DNA from: Proteromonas lacertae
Lineage: Eukaryota
Direction of reading: 5' to 3'
DNA length: 64,000 nt
Assembly: GCA_002245135.1 (NCBI GenBank)
Contig: NGBS01000007.1
Location: forward strand, 124,001-188,000
Shown: positions 1-14,756 of the stretch, piece by piece
Position numbering within the stretch: position 1 is the stretch's first letter
Layout: every line of letters begins with the position of its first letter
Notes under the pieces: model-generated
The model's database searches: none
The model's input: only the letters and a program-made list of their open reading frames with translations
Told to the model about the DNA's origin: nothing
Made by a program: the position numbers and the translations under genes

Positions 1-267
1 TGGTGAAGATGTAGAAAAAAAAGAAAGTAGTGGTGATAATTTGACAGAAGATCAGACAGATGAAGTTCAAAATGCAGAAAATGATACAGCATAACTACTT
101 GTAAATCATAATGATGATTATTTGATAAACGTTGAATGTGTCTTTAAAACAAAGAAATTATTCTTTCAAAATTTTGATAAACCGAAAAATTTGTCATTTT
201 TCTAATTTCAAAACTTCTCGTTTTTCAATCCTTTCTTTCATTCTTTAAAAATCTATTATTTTTTATA

Positions 268-792
268 ATGTCATCAGCTGCTGTTTCAACTAGTCAAGAA
301 CAAATCAATTCCAATTTAGCAAAAGAAGCAAATGAAATAAAGCAAAAATTACAACAATTCAATGAAAATAAAAAAGGTAAAGTTAATAAAAAGAGTTTAA
401 ACAGAAAAACAAGCACTTCTTCAAATGAATCCAACTCTCCTTCAAAGTTCACTCCATTTGTGTTAGATAAGTCAAAAATAAAAGCAATGGATGGAAAAGA
501 ACTTAAGAATATGATTGATGACGATGATGGTAGTGAAAGGCAAACTATGGATGATCTAAGTGTTGAGCCAACTGAAAAGCCAAGCGAAATATTTGATTCT
601 GAATTGTCAGACGAAGATGCTGAAGTAATTCCAGCTGATTTAAGGAAATCACCTGAAGTAAAACCAGTTTCCGATTTAAAGAAAGAAGCAGGTATTAACC
701 CATTAATTGAAGATGATCCTACTGAAGATACTACTGAATTAGACATTTTAGATTCAGATGAAGAGAAACCACCAGAAAATGAATCAGCCTAA
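268..792 (+). CDS. Hypothetical acidic/low-complexity protein (174 aa)
   Basis: Clean ATG-TAA ORF with coding-like composition and AT-rich flanks; no recognisable domain. Confidence 0.7.
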   Translation: MSSAAVSTSQEQINSNLAKEANEIKQKLQQFNENKKGKVNKKSLNRKTSTSSNESNSPSKFTPFVLDKSKIKAMDGKELKNMIDDDDGSERQTMDDLSVEPTEKPSEIFDSELSDEDAEVIPADLRKSPEVKPVSDLKKEAGINPLIEDDPTEDTTELDILDSDEEKPPENESA

Positions 793-1037
793 TTAAGACA
801 ATAAGTAATTTAAAAATTGGCAAAGTAAATAGATTTAAGACGTAATCTATTTCAATTCTTTTTTTCATTTTGCTTTTTATATGGATGAAAATATATTGTA
901 CTGATTATTTAAAATCATCTAAAATATACAGAATTGATGTCAAATGTCTATTATTAGATTGATGAAATGAAAAATTTCACAGTTAGAAAAAGTTAGAATT
1001 TTTTTAACTACATTTTTAATTCATTTCCGATAATTAA

Positions 1038-3000
1038 ATGGAGGGATCTATCACGACAATACCATCGTCTCAGCCTATTCTGCATGGAGATGAAAAAATA
1101 GCTGGACCTGATTTAATGTATTTTAAAGTAGTTGTTATATTCTTAGAAAAAAGTCATCACGTCTAAGGTCCTTCTACTCTTCAAAAAAGTACAATAATCT
1201 GAGAGCATCTAATGAAAGTATTGAAAGGTTATCTTCTTTGAATAATGTTTCGACGAAGAAACCAGAATATATTGAAAAGCATATTGATTTAGCAACGAAT
1301 GCCATATCGTCTGCTCTTTGTTCTACCAATGCAAATGTTGTTCAGAAGAGTATCGAAGTATTTAGGAATTTATCAAGTAATTTTTATGTATATTATTCCA
1401 TTATATTTGTCATTAGAATGAATTAAAAGATTCATATTGGCTTTTTTACTATGTAGCAATTAACAATCTTGTTTCACCGAACCAAGTAATATTAGATGAG
1501 TCTTTGCAACTTATTTCCGATATGCATTCGTGTTTTGAACCAGAATATTTCATTGCCACCATAAAAGAGATAATCCCAAATGCTAAGAAAGCATCTCAAA
1601 TAACATCATTTTTGTTCTGTTTATATCAGTTATTACTAGACTGTAGAAAGGAGATAAAATCATACTGTCCAACTTACATTGAATTATTAATGACAATGAA
1701 ACAATGTTATAAACCATTAAGAAAACTTTGTCATTTGGTTGGGCAATTATTGAATGAAGTATTTAGTTCAAGTGAATTGAAAGAATTGATAGAATCCAAT
1801 TTAAACAATGATGAACATAATATTCGAAAATTCTGCAAATTGTATGGTTTACATAAGAAGGATTATTCAGTAAATGAATTTTCATTAAACAAAAGTAATT
1901 ATAAAATCAAAGACATTTATAATGAAGATAATAACAATATAAAAGATATTGATTATAATAGTGAAATTCTACCTTCTTTATTAAAGTCTATTTTGAATAA
2001 AGATGATGATGATAATATCAATAACTATAATGATTATTATGATAGTGACAATAACTCAGTCTTTTCAGATAGTGAAAAGATTGAAATGATTAAAGATTTA
2101 TTAGAAGAAAGTCAAGAAATAGTTAATAAACATGAAATTAGATGTAATGACAGTGATATCGATGTATTATTGGATAGAAATAGTGAAGTCTCAACAGATG
2201 ATTATGAATTAGAATTCAATGAAAACAGAAGTAAAAGTGATAGAAATTTAATAAAGAAAAATCGAATGAAGACTTACGATTCTTCTGATGATGAACGATC
2301 TAATGGTAATAAACGTTCTTCAACTGGTTCATTGAATAAGAATGATATTGATTATGGCTTATTATGTAGTGATACAGATGAAATGAGAGTTGATACTTCC
2401 TTAACAGCTGATGGTAGAAGAAGAAGACCTCAAAGTGAGAAATTATTACCAATTTCCTTCGATGATAATAATAATAATAATAATAATAATAATTTGTTAC
2501 ATCATAGTAAATTAAATAAAGTGGTAAATTATAGAGATTTAGCACCAAGTCCTGTAGAAGAAGTTTCTTTAGAAGATGAAACTTCATCAACGCCTGTTAA
2601 GACTTTAAGAACTATTAGTATGAATACACCACAACCAGCTCAACATCTTAATAACATTAAATCAGAGGAAAATCCAGTTCAATCACCATCAATAAAGGAA
2701 TTAGTTAAAGAATCTGAAGATTTACTTGAGAAAACCTGTGGTAAAGAAAATGCAAGGAAAACTTCTCTGTATGATGAATTATTAAATGCTGATAGGGATA
2801 GTTATATAGAATCTGATTTAAGTTCTGGAGATGTATCTCGTGTAGAAGAAGAAGTCCATAAACGTTTACTTCTAGAACAATTAAGCACAGATGATGTGAA
2901 TTTAAGAAAGGATGAAGAAAATATTGATTCTATTTTGGTTGATGTTTCACCTGTGCATAAAGGCCATCAACCTGATTCAAACCCAACACCTTTTAATTAA
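1038..3000 (+). CDS. HEAT/TOG(CLASP-like)-repeat protein with acidic disordered tail, paralog 1 (multi-exon)
   Basis: ATG at 1038; short GT-AG introns join ORFs 1238 and 1504; shares 'LQLISDMHSCFEPEYF...CLYQLL...YCPTY' with the three downstream genes. Confidence 0.7.
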
Positions 3001-3115
3001 TTTTATAATATTATATCGTGATATTATCCACTATCTTTGTAACTATTTTTTCAGTTGAAAGTGAAACGACTATATTTTGAATCAGTGAAATCTTTTTTAA
3101 TATCTTTAAATTTCG

Positions 3116-5292
3116 ATGGAATTAGACGATACTGAAATATTTGAATATGATAATGAGGGTAATGTAACTACATCCTTTGAGGATATAGATAGTGAGTATT
3201 GTTTTTTGGGTTATTCATGTTAGATCAAGAAGTGAGTTGAGGAGGAAAATGTCCTATATTTCAAAACATGCTCTAGACAATAATGATGTTATACAAAGAA
3301 CAGTTCTAACCTGCGTTAACGAAGTAGCAGATCTTTATCCAAGAAAACTACTTAGAAAGTTAAAAGTGATTTGTGAAGCATTGTGTAATATATTAAGAAG
3401 TAATAAACCTCAAATGGTGTTTAAAGCATATCAAACCATCAGGAATCTTTCACAACTACTAAGAGTATATAATTATATACAATCTATTATTCATAGTCAC
3501 CATTTTATCCAACTTATTGGAAGTATTTAAAACTCTCATTCAATAATTTACTCTCTCCAGTTCAAGCTACTGTAGATCATTCATTACAAATGATATATGA
3601 AATGCATTCTTCATTTGATCCAACATATTTTATTAAAACACTAAAAGCAGCCATGTCTCAAGCACAAAATGTTAATTTGAAGATGAACTTTGCAGTTTGT
3701 TTATACCAATTATTATGCCATCAACAGTCTAATATCACTAAATATTGTCCAACATACTTCGAATTGTTCTTAGTAATGACTGATAAATCAAAGCCAATGA
3801 AAGGGTATATATATTTAATATATTTATAATGAATAGAATATGTAAAGAAACAGGAAAGTATCTATTAGAATTATATGGTAAAGAAGAAGTTGATAATATA
3901 CTTACCACTTATTACAAAGAAGATACAATAAATAATATTAGAAATATTTTATGTTTCAAATTAGCAACAAGAGAAATAGAGAAAAGAAAATCAAAACCAA
4001 AAGAGGATGAAGATGATGAGGATGATGGTGAAGATGAAAAATATTCATCAGAACCTCCAATTGCTAATATTAAAGTAGGGCAACACACTTTTATTATAAA
4101 GAAACAATCACCAACATTAATTCCATCTCCAACACCGTTATATCCTAATGAAAATAACTATAGAAGAAGTAAAAATTATACTGAAACAACTAAAACTCAA
4201 GTAATGAGAATGAAATCAAGATCCTTATCTCCACCATCAAGATCTCCCTCTAAATCATCTTCTAAATCACCATCACCAACTAAACCAGTTAGATCAAGTT
4301 CTGCTCCTATTATTCGTAAATCAACAACATCAGGAAAAGCTGAACTAATTAGACAATCATCAATTGGTAAAAGTAGAGTATCAGATGTACATTTACAAAG
4401 AATAGAGAAAATAAAAAGATCTTTACTGTCAAAGTATAAATATAATATCAGAAATAAATCAAATAGTCGAAGTCCTACAAACCAGAATAATAATAATTCA
4501 AAGAGAAGTGTTTCGCCTTCTAAAACTAAGAATAATAATCAATCGTCTCCTTTGAAAAGTACATATATGAATTCTACTTCTTCTAGATCAGAGACATCAC
4601 GATCTAGATCAAAGTCACCATATAAAGCCAAAACATCCAATACACAAGCTACACTAAACAAAATATTTAAAAAGGCAAGAAAGGAAAGAGAAGAAAGAGA
4701 AAGACGTTTAAGCCAAGTTACAGGAAAATCACCAACCAAAAGAACTTATAAAAGAGACAAAATAGAAAATAAAACTGATGAAACAATAACTGGAAATGGT
4801 AATAATGGAGTTGAGCAAAGAGTTGAATTATTTCAATTACCTAATCAAACTAATAATAATAATAATGTAGAAAAAGAAAAGATGGAAGAAGAAAAAAATG
4901 AAATAGATAAAAATGAAACAGATAAAGTTAAAGAAGAAATAGTTAAAGTTGAAGCAGAAGAAGAGGAAGAAGAGGAAGAAGATGATGAATTTAAAGATAT
5001 GACAGCTGAAGAGTTATTTAATGAATTATTGAAGAATATATCTGATGAAGATAGAATTAAATATCAAGACCAGATCATGACTGCTAGAGAAATATTAGAT
5101 TGTTTTGAATCAGATAGTGATTATGATTCTTATACTAGTAGTAGCAACAGTAGTAGTGATAAAGAAGAAGAAGAAATGATAAAATCAACAAAAGTCAATC
5201 AATCTCCAATAGATGAAGAAAAAGATAATAGTGAAGAAGATTTTGAATTGAACATAACAGATGATGAATTTGTTGAAAGTGAAAATCCTTAA
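3116..5292 (+). CDS. HEAT/TOG-like protein with basic Ser-rich middle and acidic tail, paralog 2 (multi-exon)
   Basis: ATG 3116 (MELDDTEIFE); 28-nt intron 3196-3223 plus two more short introns join ORFs 3192, 3590 and 3829. Confidence 0.75.
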
Positions 5293-6047
5293 ACTGCCTT
5301 TTAATGAATTGATGAATTTAATCATGTATATTATTAACATAAAAATATAAATTTTAATTTCATTTCACTTGTATTAATGTATACTAACTATTTAATAATG
5401 ATTTTGTTGAATAACAATTATTTATAAATATCTAGCAGATAGAACAGTAACTCTTCTAATTTATTTGCTAAAATCAATTGATATAGGTATTTTTTGTCTA
5501 TTATTTGCATAAAAACATATTCATTCTACGGAAGTACAAACAGAAGATGAGAATTTGAGAATAAAAAATAAGACAAATAAATGCCGAACTATGTTTGATA
5601 AAAAGTCATTATTTTGTCATTTTTTTTTGAATTAAGAATTTTTGAAGTTTTAGAGTTGTTAGGAAGTTTTATAGATTGATATTCAGAAGTAGAATAATGA
5701 AATACACTTTAGCGATGTTAATAAACCAATAAAACTTACAATTGATATGTTTTTTTAGAAGTGAATTATCTACGCCGTTTAATATATAAATATGTTATTA
5801 CGTTGTTATATAATCCATTAATGTCGATATGTTCTTTTTGAAAATATTTTACTAATTAAGCTAAACTATATAGTATATATCTAATTTTTCGATTTATGGA
5901 ACTCTTGGTACTTAATATTTCACATTAATTTACAAAATCATACGTTATATAAGCAAATATTTAGAGTTTTATAAACATTGAAACGAATCTATTTTTGATG
6001 ACAGTTTAAATTGTCATTTCAATAATTTAATAAATTCTAAACAGCTA

Positions 6048-8725
6048 ATGGAGCTTGATGACACAGATGTTTTTGAATCTGATGATAGAGGAGAAATGAC
6101 AACAATGATAGATGAATTAGACCCAGAGTATTGCTATAGTTGTTATTATCAATAGAGCAAAAGCAGAATTAAGGGGTAAAATGAGATATTTGAAAAGATA
6201 TGCACGAGATGAAGATGCTATCAATACCAAAAGGCTTCTTAACATCATTATTGAGATAGGAGAGATAAATCCTCCTTATTTGAGAAGGCATTTGAAACTT
6301 GTGTCAGAAATTCTATGCAGAGTTATAAAAAGCGGTCAACCACAAATGGTTTTAAGAGGTTATCAGACAATCAGAAATCTCTCACAAATATTGAAGGTAT
6401 GATAATAAAAAATATTTTGCATTGATATAGTCTCCATTTTCTGTAACTTACTGGAAGTATTTGAAATTATCATTCAGTAATTTACTCTCTCCGGTTCAAG
6501 CAATTGTTGATTATGCATTACAAATGATATATGAAATGCATTCTTCGTTTGATCCAACATATTTCATTAAAACACTAAGATCTGTTCTATTACAAACACA
6601 AAATGTTAATTTGAAGATCAATTTTGCTATTTGTTTATATCAATTATTATGTCATCAGAAATCTAATATAACGCAATACTGTCCAACATATTTCGAATTG
6701 TTCATATTAATGACTGATAAATCAAAGCCATTGAAACAGTATAAATAATTATAATTATAAATATAAATGAATAGAGTATGTAAAGAAACAGGAAAATATT
6801 TAAAAGAATTATATGGAATAGAAGACTTAAAGAATATGATGATTACCTATTACAAAGTTGGAAGAATTCGAAGAATTCAAGAAGTATTGTGTCTCAAATT
6901 AGTATCTGATGATGGAGATATTGAACCAGCCACTACTGCAACATCAACATCATTAAATGAATCATCTATTCGTATGGAAGATGATAGTACTGAAGATAAT
7001 ACAAATCGTAGAATCAGTACAACATCTGATGCAAGTGAAGCTGAAGCTAAAATGGCTTCTATTGCTATTGGTCAACACAAATTTGTTATTAAGAAACAAT
7101 CGCCAACATTGATTCCAGCTGCAAAACCGTATTATCCTAAAGAGAATAAACGTAAGAGTGTTATATCATCTGCTGAAGTAGAAGAAAGATCAAAATCAGC
7201 ACCATCCAAAGAAGAAATGAAACAAGCAAAAGAACAAGAACCACATCAAAGAACAATATCAAAGACAATAGAAAGATCGAGATCAGTAAGACCTCCATAT
7301 AAATCAATAGTAGGTAAATCAGATACATCTGCCTATCAAAAGAAAGTGGAAAGAATAAGAAAATCAATAATGAGATCAGCTACAGCTAAGAATAAAAGTC
7401 CTGTGAAATATAAGACGGTGAAAAGCAAAACAATAAAGAAACAACCAGTAAAGAATGAAGAACCATCATCATTGAATAATACTAGAAAATCAACAACATC
7501 TCAAACTAGTAATAGAAGATCACCATCCAGAACATCAACTACCAAGGCAACAATCCAAAAGATTATGGCTAAAGCAAGAAAAGAAAGAGAAGAGAAAGCT
7601 GCTGGAAGAAAAGTATCTCCAAAGAAGAATGTAAAAAATACAAAGAAGGAAGAAGAAAAAATTAAACAACAACAAGTAGAAAAAGAAAAAGAAGAAGAAG
7701 TTGTAAAAGAAGAACAACCATCAATTGAAATACCAAAATTAGAAGAAGAAAGAGCAATTGAAGAAGAACAACAACAGGAACAACCTGAAGAAGATAAAGT
7801 AGAAGAAGGTGAAACTCCAGCAATTGAAGATCAACAACAAGCAACAGAAATAGAAGAAAATGTAAAACCAACTGAAGAAGAGGAAGATGAATTTGCAGAT
7901 GAAACTCCAGAAGAAGTTCAATTACCATTAGAACCAGCTGCTCCTTTAGAAGAACCATCACCACTTGCAGATGAATCTCCAAAAGTTGAAACAACTGAAG
8001 AAGCTAAACCAGTTGAAGAAGAAAAACCAGTTGAAGAAGAAAAACCAGTTGAAGAAGAAAAGCCAGCTGAAGAAGAAAAACCAGTTGAAGAAGAAGTTAA
8101 ACCAGTTGAAGAAGAAGTTAAACCAGTTGAAGAAGAAGTTAAACCAGTTGAAGAAGAAGTTAAACCAGTTGAAGAAGAAAAACCAGTTGAAGAAAAAGAA
8201 GAAGAAAAACCAGCTGAAGAAGAAGAAGAAGTTAAACCTGTTGAAGAAGAAGAAAAACCAGTTGAAGAAGAAAAACCAACAGAAGAGGAACAGCAACAAG
8301 AAAAAGAAGCAGATGATATACTGAATGAAGCAGTAGAAGAAGAAGAGGAAGAAGAAGGAGATGAAGAAAAAACTGCCAAAGAAATGTTGGAGGAGTTATT
8401 AGCTTCAATTTCACCTGAAGATAGAATAAAATATCAAAATGAATTAATGGTACTTGGTGCAATAACAGATTATTTCGATTCTGATAGTGATTATGACTCT
8501 TACAGTGAAGATGATTTTGATGCTGAGGAAGAAGAAGAGGAAGTTAAAGAAAAACTACCTACATTGAGTGAAAAGGATGAAAACATCGAAGAAGAGGATG
8601 AAGAAGAGGATGATAAGGATATTAAGAATTGGAATATATTCGACAGTGATTATGAAGAAGTTTCTGATGATGAATCATACACTGGTGAAGATCCTGTATT
8701 GCCTGGCGATGAACAAGATAATTAA
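6048..8725 (+). CDS. HEAT/TOG-like protein with KPVEEE repeats, paralog 3 (multi-exon)
   Basis: ATG 6048 (MELDDTDVFE); same intron positions and strong similarity to paralog 2 (MIYEMHSSFDPTYFIKTL, IGQHxFxIKKQSPTLIP, FxSDSDYDSY). Confidence 0.75.
8005..8280 (+). repeat. Coding minisatellite, 18/21-nt units encoding (V)KPVEEE
   Basis: Tandem aaaccagttgaagaagaa(gtt) units. Confidence 0.9.
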
Positions 8726-8827
8726 TTTTTTCATCTATAATATTAGTTTTTACTATGGGAGGACTAAAAAATCATTTCAAAAATTTTGTGACAGTTATTT
8801 TTTTGTAACTGATACTTTTAAGCAAGG

Positions 8828-11203
8828 ATGAGTATTAGCTGTATATCCTCGACAAACACTCCAATCCAAAATAATAAATACGATGATGGATATAAAAACA
8901 TTGTTGAAAACATAAATACTTCAATAATCTTCTATTTCTCAGGAGATAAATTGGTTATATATTACAATAATTTATCTACATCCGTTTTATTCGATGTGAT
9001 AGACTATTGCCGAAACAACAGACTTCTCAGCAATCGTATCTTAAATGTATTTATATCCATATAGAACAAGTGTTTTTAGATAATTACTATTTATGTATTG
9101 ATGAAGTATATAATATTTTATAGACCATAAACCTACACACAAGAGAGAATCACATTTTGAACCAATTCCTACAACTACTCTATCAGATATACTGGAAAAG
9201 TCATCATTAAAGCAGTCTGAATATTATATAGATAAAAAGAATGAACTGTATACCAGATTCACTGATATATATTCAATAGTTCTATAAAACAACTTAACTA
9301 TATGTTGAGGTATATAAAGTTTCATATAAATGATACAGATGTCAAAGCAGTAAGACAAATGCTAATATATTTACAAGATTTAATAGAATTCCAAACCAGG
9401 ATACTTCAAATCTTATAAATCTCTATTCACCCAAGTGATGATGAAGTTTTTAAAGAATGATAAAAGAGCATTATTAGCTCATTCAGTGATTTTATTTAGA
9501 ATCTTCTCGCAAAGATTAGGTCAATCATTTAGATCAACTTATAAGGATTATTTAGAAGTATTTTTGGGAAATTTAAGATCAGAAAAGCAGTTTGTGGTTC
9601 AGAATTCGTTACAGTTAATATATGAAGTATATTCTTCATATTTATTTGTTTATAGTTACATCCGATGTTTGATCCAACTAGCTTTATGAAAACAATTCAA
9701 CTTGGGTTAAGATCTTGTACAAATTATGCAACTAAGACAAATTATTTGATATTACTCTATCAATTATTAGTGCATGTTAAGAAAGATATAACTAAATATT
9801 GTCCATTATTTCTATCAATATTATTTACGATGAAAGATAATTATAAACCAATGAAAGAATTGAAAATCATTTTAGGAAAGTATTTAATGAAATTATATAC
9901 AGAAGAAGAATTATATGAATTGTTTTACACTTATTATTATGAACAGGATATAGAAAAGTTGAAAAAACTACTGGGAATTCCTGATAAACACAAATCTAGT
10001 AATAATAACAATAATAGCAAGATTCAAGATGAGGAAAGTGAATTTACTGTAAAAGTGGGCTATCATAATTATAATATAACTAAACCCATCATTCCACTAG
10101 GTAAATCTTCAATATTACTAACAACAAAAGTTTCAGAAAGAAAAGAAATTAATAATTATCATGTAGCAAATAAAAGAGGAAGTTCTACAAATGTATATAC
10201 TACAAGCACAATTTGTAAAGATAATACTGTTGATAATAATATAATATTACAGAAAGATAATAAAAAAACTGCAACTAATGTATATCATTCAAAAAAAGAT
10301 GTTTTATCACAATCACAGGCTAAAACAAAAGCAAAATCAAAATATCAACATAAGATCAGTGATGATGTAATTGAAAAGACAATTAGTTTAGAAGTATTAA
10401 TAAAAGAATATGAAGATGTTGTTCCATGCCCTGTTCATATGTTAGATTATTTCTCTGATGATTGTTCTTATCATACATATCCAGATTCAGATTCAAGTTC
10501 AACAATTGAAGAAGGGGATGATGAAAGATTAAAAGATTATAGTCTTGATAGTGAAGAATCGAGTGTCAAAAGTGATGATAATGAGATTCAATTACTTTTA
10601 TCACAATGTCTAGACAGTGAAGAAGAAGAGACTATAGATGATTTAACATTAATGAAGGAAATAGCAAAGGATATTCCAGTAGTTCCATCTCCAATTCTTT
10701 TACAAGAATTCTTTACTGATACTAATCCATATAATTCTGAAAGAAATTCATGCCTTACTGAAAATGAGATGGAGATAGAATCAGTTGATGAAAACAAACA
10801 TTTGAGTGTTAATATGAGTAATTCAACTGTAAAATCAAGTAAATCATCTGATGCATTTTTTAATCTCAATGATTCAGAAATATCACTTGAAACTTCCAAT
10901 GAAGAAGAGAGTTTTAACAGTATATCTCAATTGAAGGAATTAACTAAAGACATTCCAGTAGTTCCATCTCCAATACTTTTACAAGAATTCTTTACTGATA
11001 CAAATCCATATAATTCTGAAAGAAATTCATGCCTTACCGAAAATGAGATGGAGATAGAATCAGTTGATGAAAATAAACATTTGAGTGTTAATATGAGTAA
11101 TTCAACTGTAAAATCAACTGAAGTATCTGATATGCTTTTAAATTTCAATGATTCTGAAATATTGTTGGAATATTCTAACGATGAAAATATAATTAATCAT
11201 TAA
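8828..11203 (+). CDS. HEAT/TOG-like protein, divergent paralog 4 (multi-exon; 5' structure uncertain)
   Basis: FDPTSFMKTI...LYQLLVH..KDITKYCP, VKVGYHNY and DYFSDDCSYHTY match motifs in paralogs 2 and 3. Confidence 0.65.
10673..11117 (+). repeat. Internal tandem duplication with 279-nt (93-aa) period
   Basis: 10673-10838 is nearly identical to 10952-11117 (IPVVPSPILLQEFFTDTNPY...NMSNSTVKS). Confidence 0.9.
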
Positions 11204-11325
11204 CTATGAATAGTAGTATCAAATGTTAGTTTGTTATAGAATACATCTTTTTTTTTTGAAGAACTTGGTGCATTGAAAATAAATTTTCATTTTCATAAAA
11301 TCATATAAAACACAAAAATTTGTGA

Positions 11326-12861
11326 ATGGTTAACCATCCCATTATTTCAGATGAATCTGAAATAATTGCTGGGCTATGCTATTGTATATCTAACTGTTTT
11401 ACACCTGGTAGTTAATTATAATGAAGTAAATAGGATATATAGGTTATTTAACCTAACCAAAAAGGAGTATATTTTTTATGTAATATTTTAGAGGTACTGA
11501 ATGGGTTCCCTATAACTCATTCATAAAATTTGACAGTAGGCTGAAAAATCCTATGATAACAAAAATATTTGGAACATATAGTATGTATACAATCGTTATA
11601 GTATATATAGAGCAAGCTAACTGGGATAAATTTTTCCAATTAGTAGCGATGTTTTCTTTTTTAAGAGCAGATATTCTTCTGCAACGTATATCTATCGCTA
11701 TTACTTTTCTTGTAGTTATACTCATCATACTCAATATCCGTTATGAGAATCTTATTACAAGTGTATGAAATAGAAAATATTGTATAAATAGGAAGATTTA
11801 AAAACACTGTTTAATGCAATTGCATCAACAAAATTTGTAAATACTGTAGAGGCAAAAGGAACACTGTATATATATTTTACAATATTATTATTATTATGAT
11901 TAGAAAGCCGATGAAATATGATGAATTATTATCCTTTATAGCAAAACATCCTAAATCAAGCAGAAAATTAAAATCACTACAAATAATCCTAAGGCAATTA
12001 TTATTCGACCAACGTCGTTGTAATGAAATATATAATCGAAGAAATAACATTTTGTACAGAGAATCATATTATAAAACAAATCATCAAAAACTACCTAAAG
12101 AATCATGTTCTAATTGTTTATATCGCATCTTTGTAACACATGATCCTTACCCATATCAATATGATTATGAAATCATTCCAACAATTGAAAAATCCAAAAT
12201 AACAGTATTAACTAGTTATTATAAAGTAACTTATAACTTCAATGGATATTTATTAGATAATAGAACAATCAAAAGTGTGAAAGAAACTGGTGAAGTAAAA
12301 TCTGATTCAATTGGTATATCAATTAGTAGCCACACTAATGGAATATGCGGTCCAACTTCATATCAAGTGGCTAATAATCCTTGTAGTTCACGTTCTAAAG
12401 TAGCATCTCGATCAAGACATAATTCTTATATTGATAATAATGAAGTGTTAGATGAAGAATTATTTAATAGTCAAAATAATGGAAATTCAAGTAATCACAG
12501 TACCAAGGAATGTTATGCTTTAGTTCAACAAAACAAGAAAATATCAATTAATTCAAAGTCAATTTTGACAAACTACAGTAGTAATACAACTACTCAAAAG
12601 AATGGTAGTGATAATGACAAAATTGTTTTAAGTCCTTCTAGTATTAAGCCTTCACTGTTATTAACATGTCAATCTCCTCTACATAATAATAATAGTAGTA
12701 ATACTGATAATACAACAACAAGAATTAGAAATAGAGTAGTTAAGATGTCAAATAATTATGTTTCACCAAAACATCATACCAGAGATTCTAGTATAGATGA
12801 TAATAAACTCTCATCCAGCACTTTACCTAATTTTATACCTGAAGATGAAGAAGGTGTGTAA
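11326..12861 (+). CDS. Hypothetical multi-pass membrane protein with Ser/Asn-rich tail (multi-exon, apparent frameshift near 11370-11415)
   Basis: Hydrophobic ORF 11553-11768 is linked by short introns to ORF 11896-12861; start uncertain. Confidence 0.5.
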
Positions 12862-14052
12862 ATATTTGATAGAATAGTAGGATAAATAATTATCGTTTAT
12901 TATAAATATAGTTTTTATTTTATTTTTTATTATTTTTTGATGTCAATATAATTCAAATATTAATGCTTTTATACAGAAATGACCTTGTATTTCATTAAAA
13001 TTATCTTTTATTCTTCTTTTTCTCTGGAGTGGTGATTTGGTTTAACATTTTTTACATACTCCTCTGAACCTATTTTCTATATTTGGAGTTAAAACTGAGG
13101 AGTATGTATCAAACGCTAATCAACTTATTGTTCCATTTCATCTCCTTCTTTAATTACTAAAATTACTTTTATATATAACTTATCCTCTCCTTCTATTCTT
13201 ACTGTGAAGAATGTAATACCACTAATGCTCATAACAGCATACAAATATAGCAATAAAACACACTTACACTATAAAAAATAATTCACATTGAATTTCATTT
13301 TGCAAATAGGATTACAATACTTGGCTCAGATCTGGTTTGTCAATATTTGACTTTTATACCTTTTTCTTTTGTTTTTTTCATTATGTTAGAGATTAAATTA
13401 AGATAAGATTTTTTGTATATATAGTGATCTCATATTCTGCTTTATATATAGCTATAAAACAAAGAATTCTATTTTTTGATGTTTTTTTAATGAAGTGAAA
13501 TATAAATACTAACTATATAAACTTAAAGTACAGTACATACTAAGTTAAATTATACCATAAAATAAAAGCTGCACTTGCAGTCTAAAAAAATATGAACAAA
13601 TTTCTCAAGTCCTTTAATTTTTACTATTTTATATATATATTTCTAAACAACAAACAAAATTAAAGGCATGGTAATATTTTTATCGCTTAACCTTCATATA
13701 ACTTAGAATGGATTTTGAGAAGTGGTAAATAATTTTATTAAACTTATAATATTAATTGGTCTAAGCCAATACAATATATTGAATCTGTTATATATGCTGT
13801 GTATGTGTATTATAATAAATATGTTCAAATACTGAATAAACATCTATATTACATCTATTTATATGTTATATCTACTTTACATAGTTTAATTTATACAAAA
13901 AAACGAGTGAATAGATTGAACTAATTGAGTAAATTGAAAAAAATAAATCGGTAAAATATATTCTTTACATTGTCAATGTAATAACAAACGTAATTGAATT
14001 TATTTAATTGATTTTTTGATTAGTATTTTACTAAGATAATGAAGTTAGTGAA

Positions 14053-14756
14053 GTGGAAGATGATGATGAAAATGCAAGTAATAACGAGTATAGATTAATG
14101 TCATATTTATACAAATTCTTTATAAAGAATTATATTTCTAATGTCAATTCATCAATTCTATTAAAAGAATTATCTAGTATTCATCTTATAAGCTGCAGAA
14201 CTTTCAAATCATTAAAGAGTAAAGTAATTAAAGATAATATTTTGCCAAATCCAGATAAGGATAATTATCTTAGCATTAAAGAAAGTCTAGTTTATTTATT
14301 GACAAATATAAAAGAAATTCCAATAATTAGTTCATCAATTGAAAAATGTAATAACTCTATAAACATAAACAGAATAGACAAAATATAGTAATAAGCCTTG
14401 ATGGAGTAGAAAAGAGTATATTTAGTACAAATAATAATGTTGTTTATGTGTTTTCATACACAATATGCAAAGAACTCAATGACTTATTTTTAGATGGAAT
14501 TAAGATTGATAGTGAGTTTTATAATGTGTATTGTATTTCGTTTATTGGAGATATGCCTGGAGTGATAAAGTTAATGAATTATCATAACTTTGTATCTTCC
14601 AAGTATTACTGCCGATCATGTAATAGTTATGTAAGGAAAATAGGTGGGAAGAAAGTAAGACATAGTGTTAGAGGAATGAAAAATATTAAAGATTATGATC
14701 AGTATTATAACTATAAAGAAAACAGGAAATATAGTATATCTACCTATCAAGGTTAA
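14053..14756 (+). mobile_element. Decayed CACTA/EnSpm-like DNA transposase fragment
   Basis: ISLDGV (after a frameshift at ~14385) and IGDMPGVIKLMNYHNFVSSKYYCRSC resemble the DG and D-x-P-A...H...CxxC motifs of CMC/Transposase_21-type proteins; truncated, in a gene-poor AT-rich tract. Confidence 0.55.

Noticed and set aside
294..746. Antisense ORFs here and at 28079, 37881, 62842 and similar
   Set aside because: Antisense shadows of biased coding sequence with no motifs
7535..8462. Overlapping Phe/Ser/Leu/Lys-rich ORFs
   Set aside because: Shadow frames of the KPVEEE repeat
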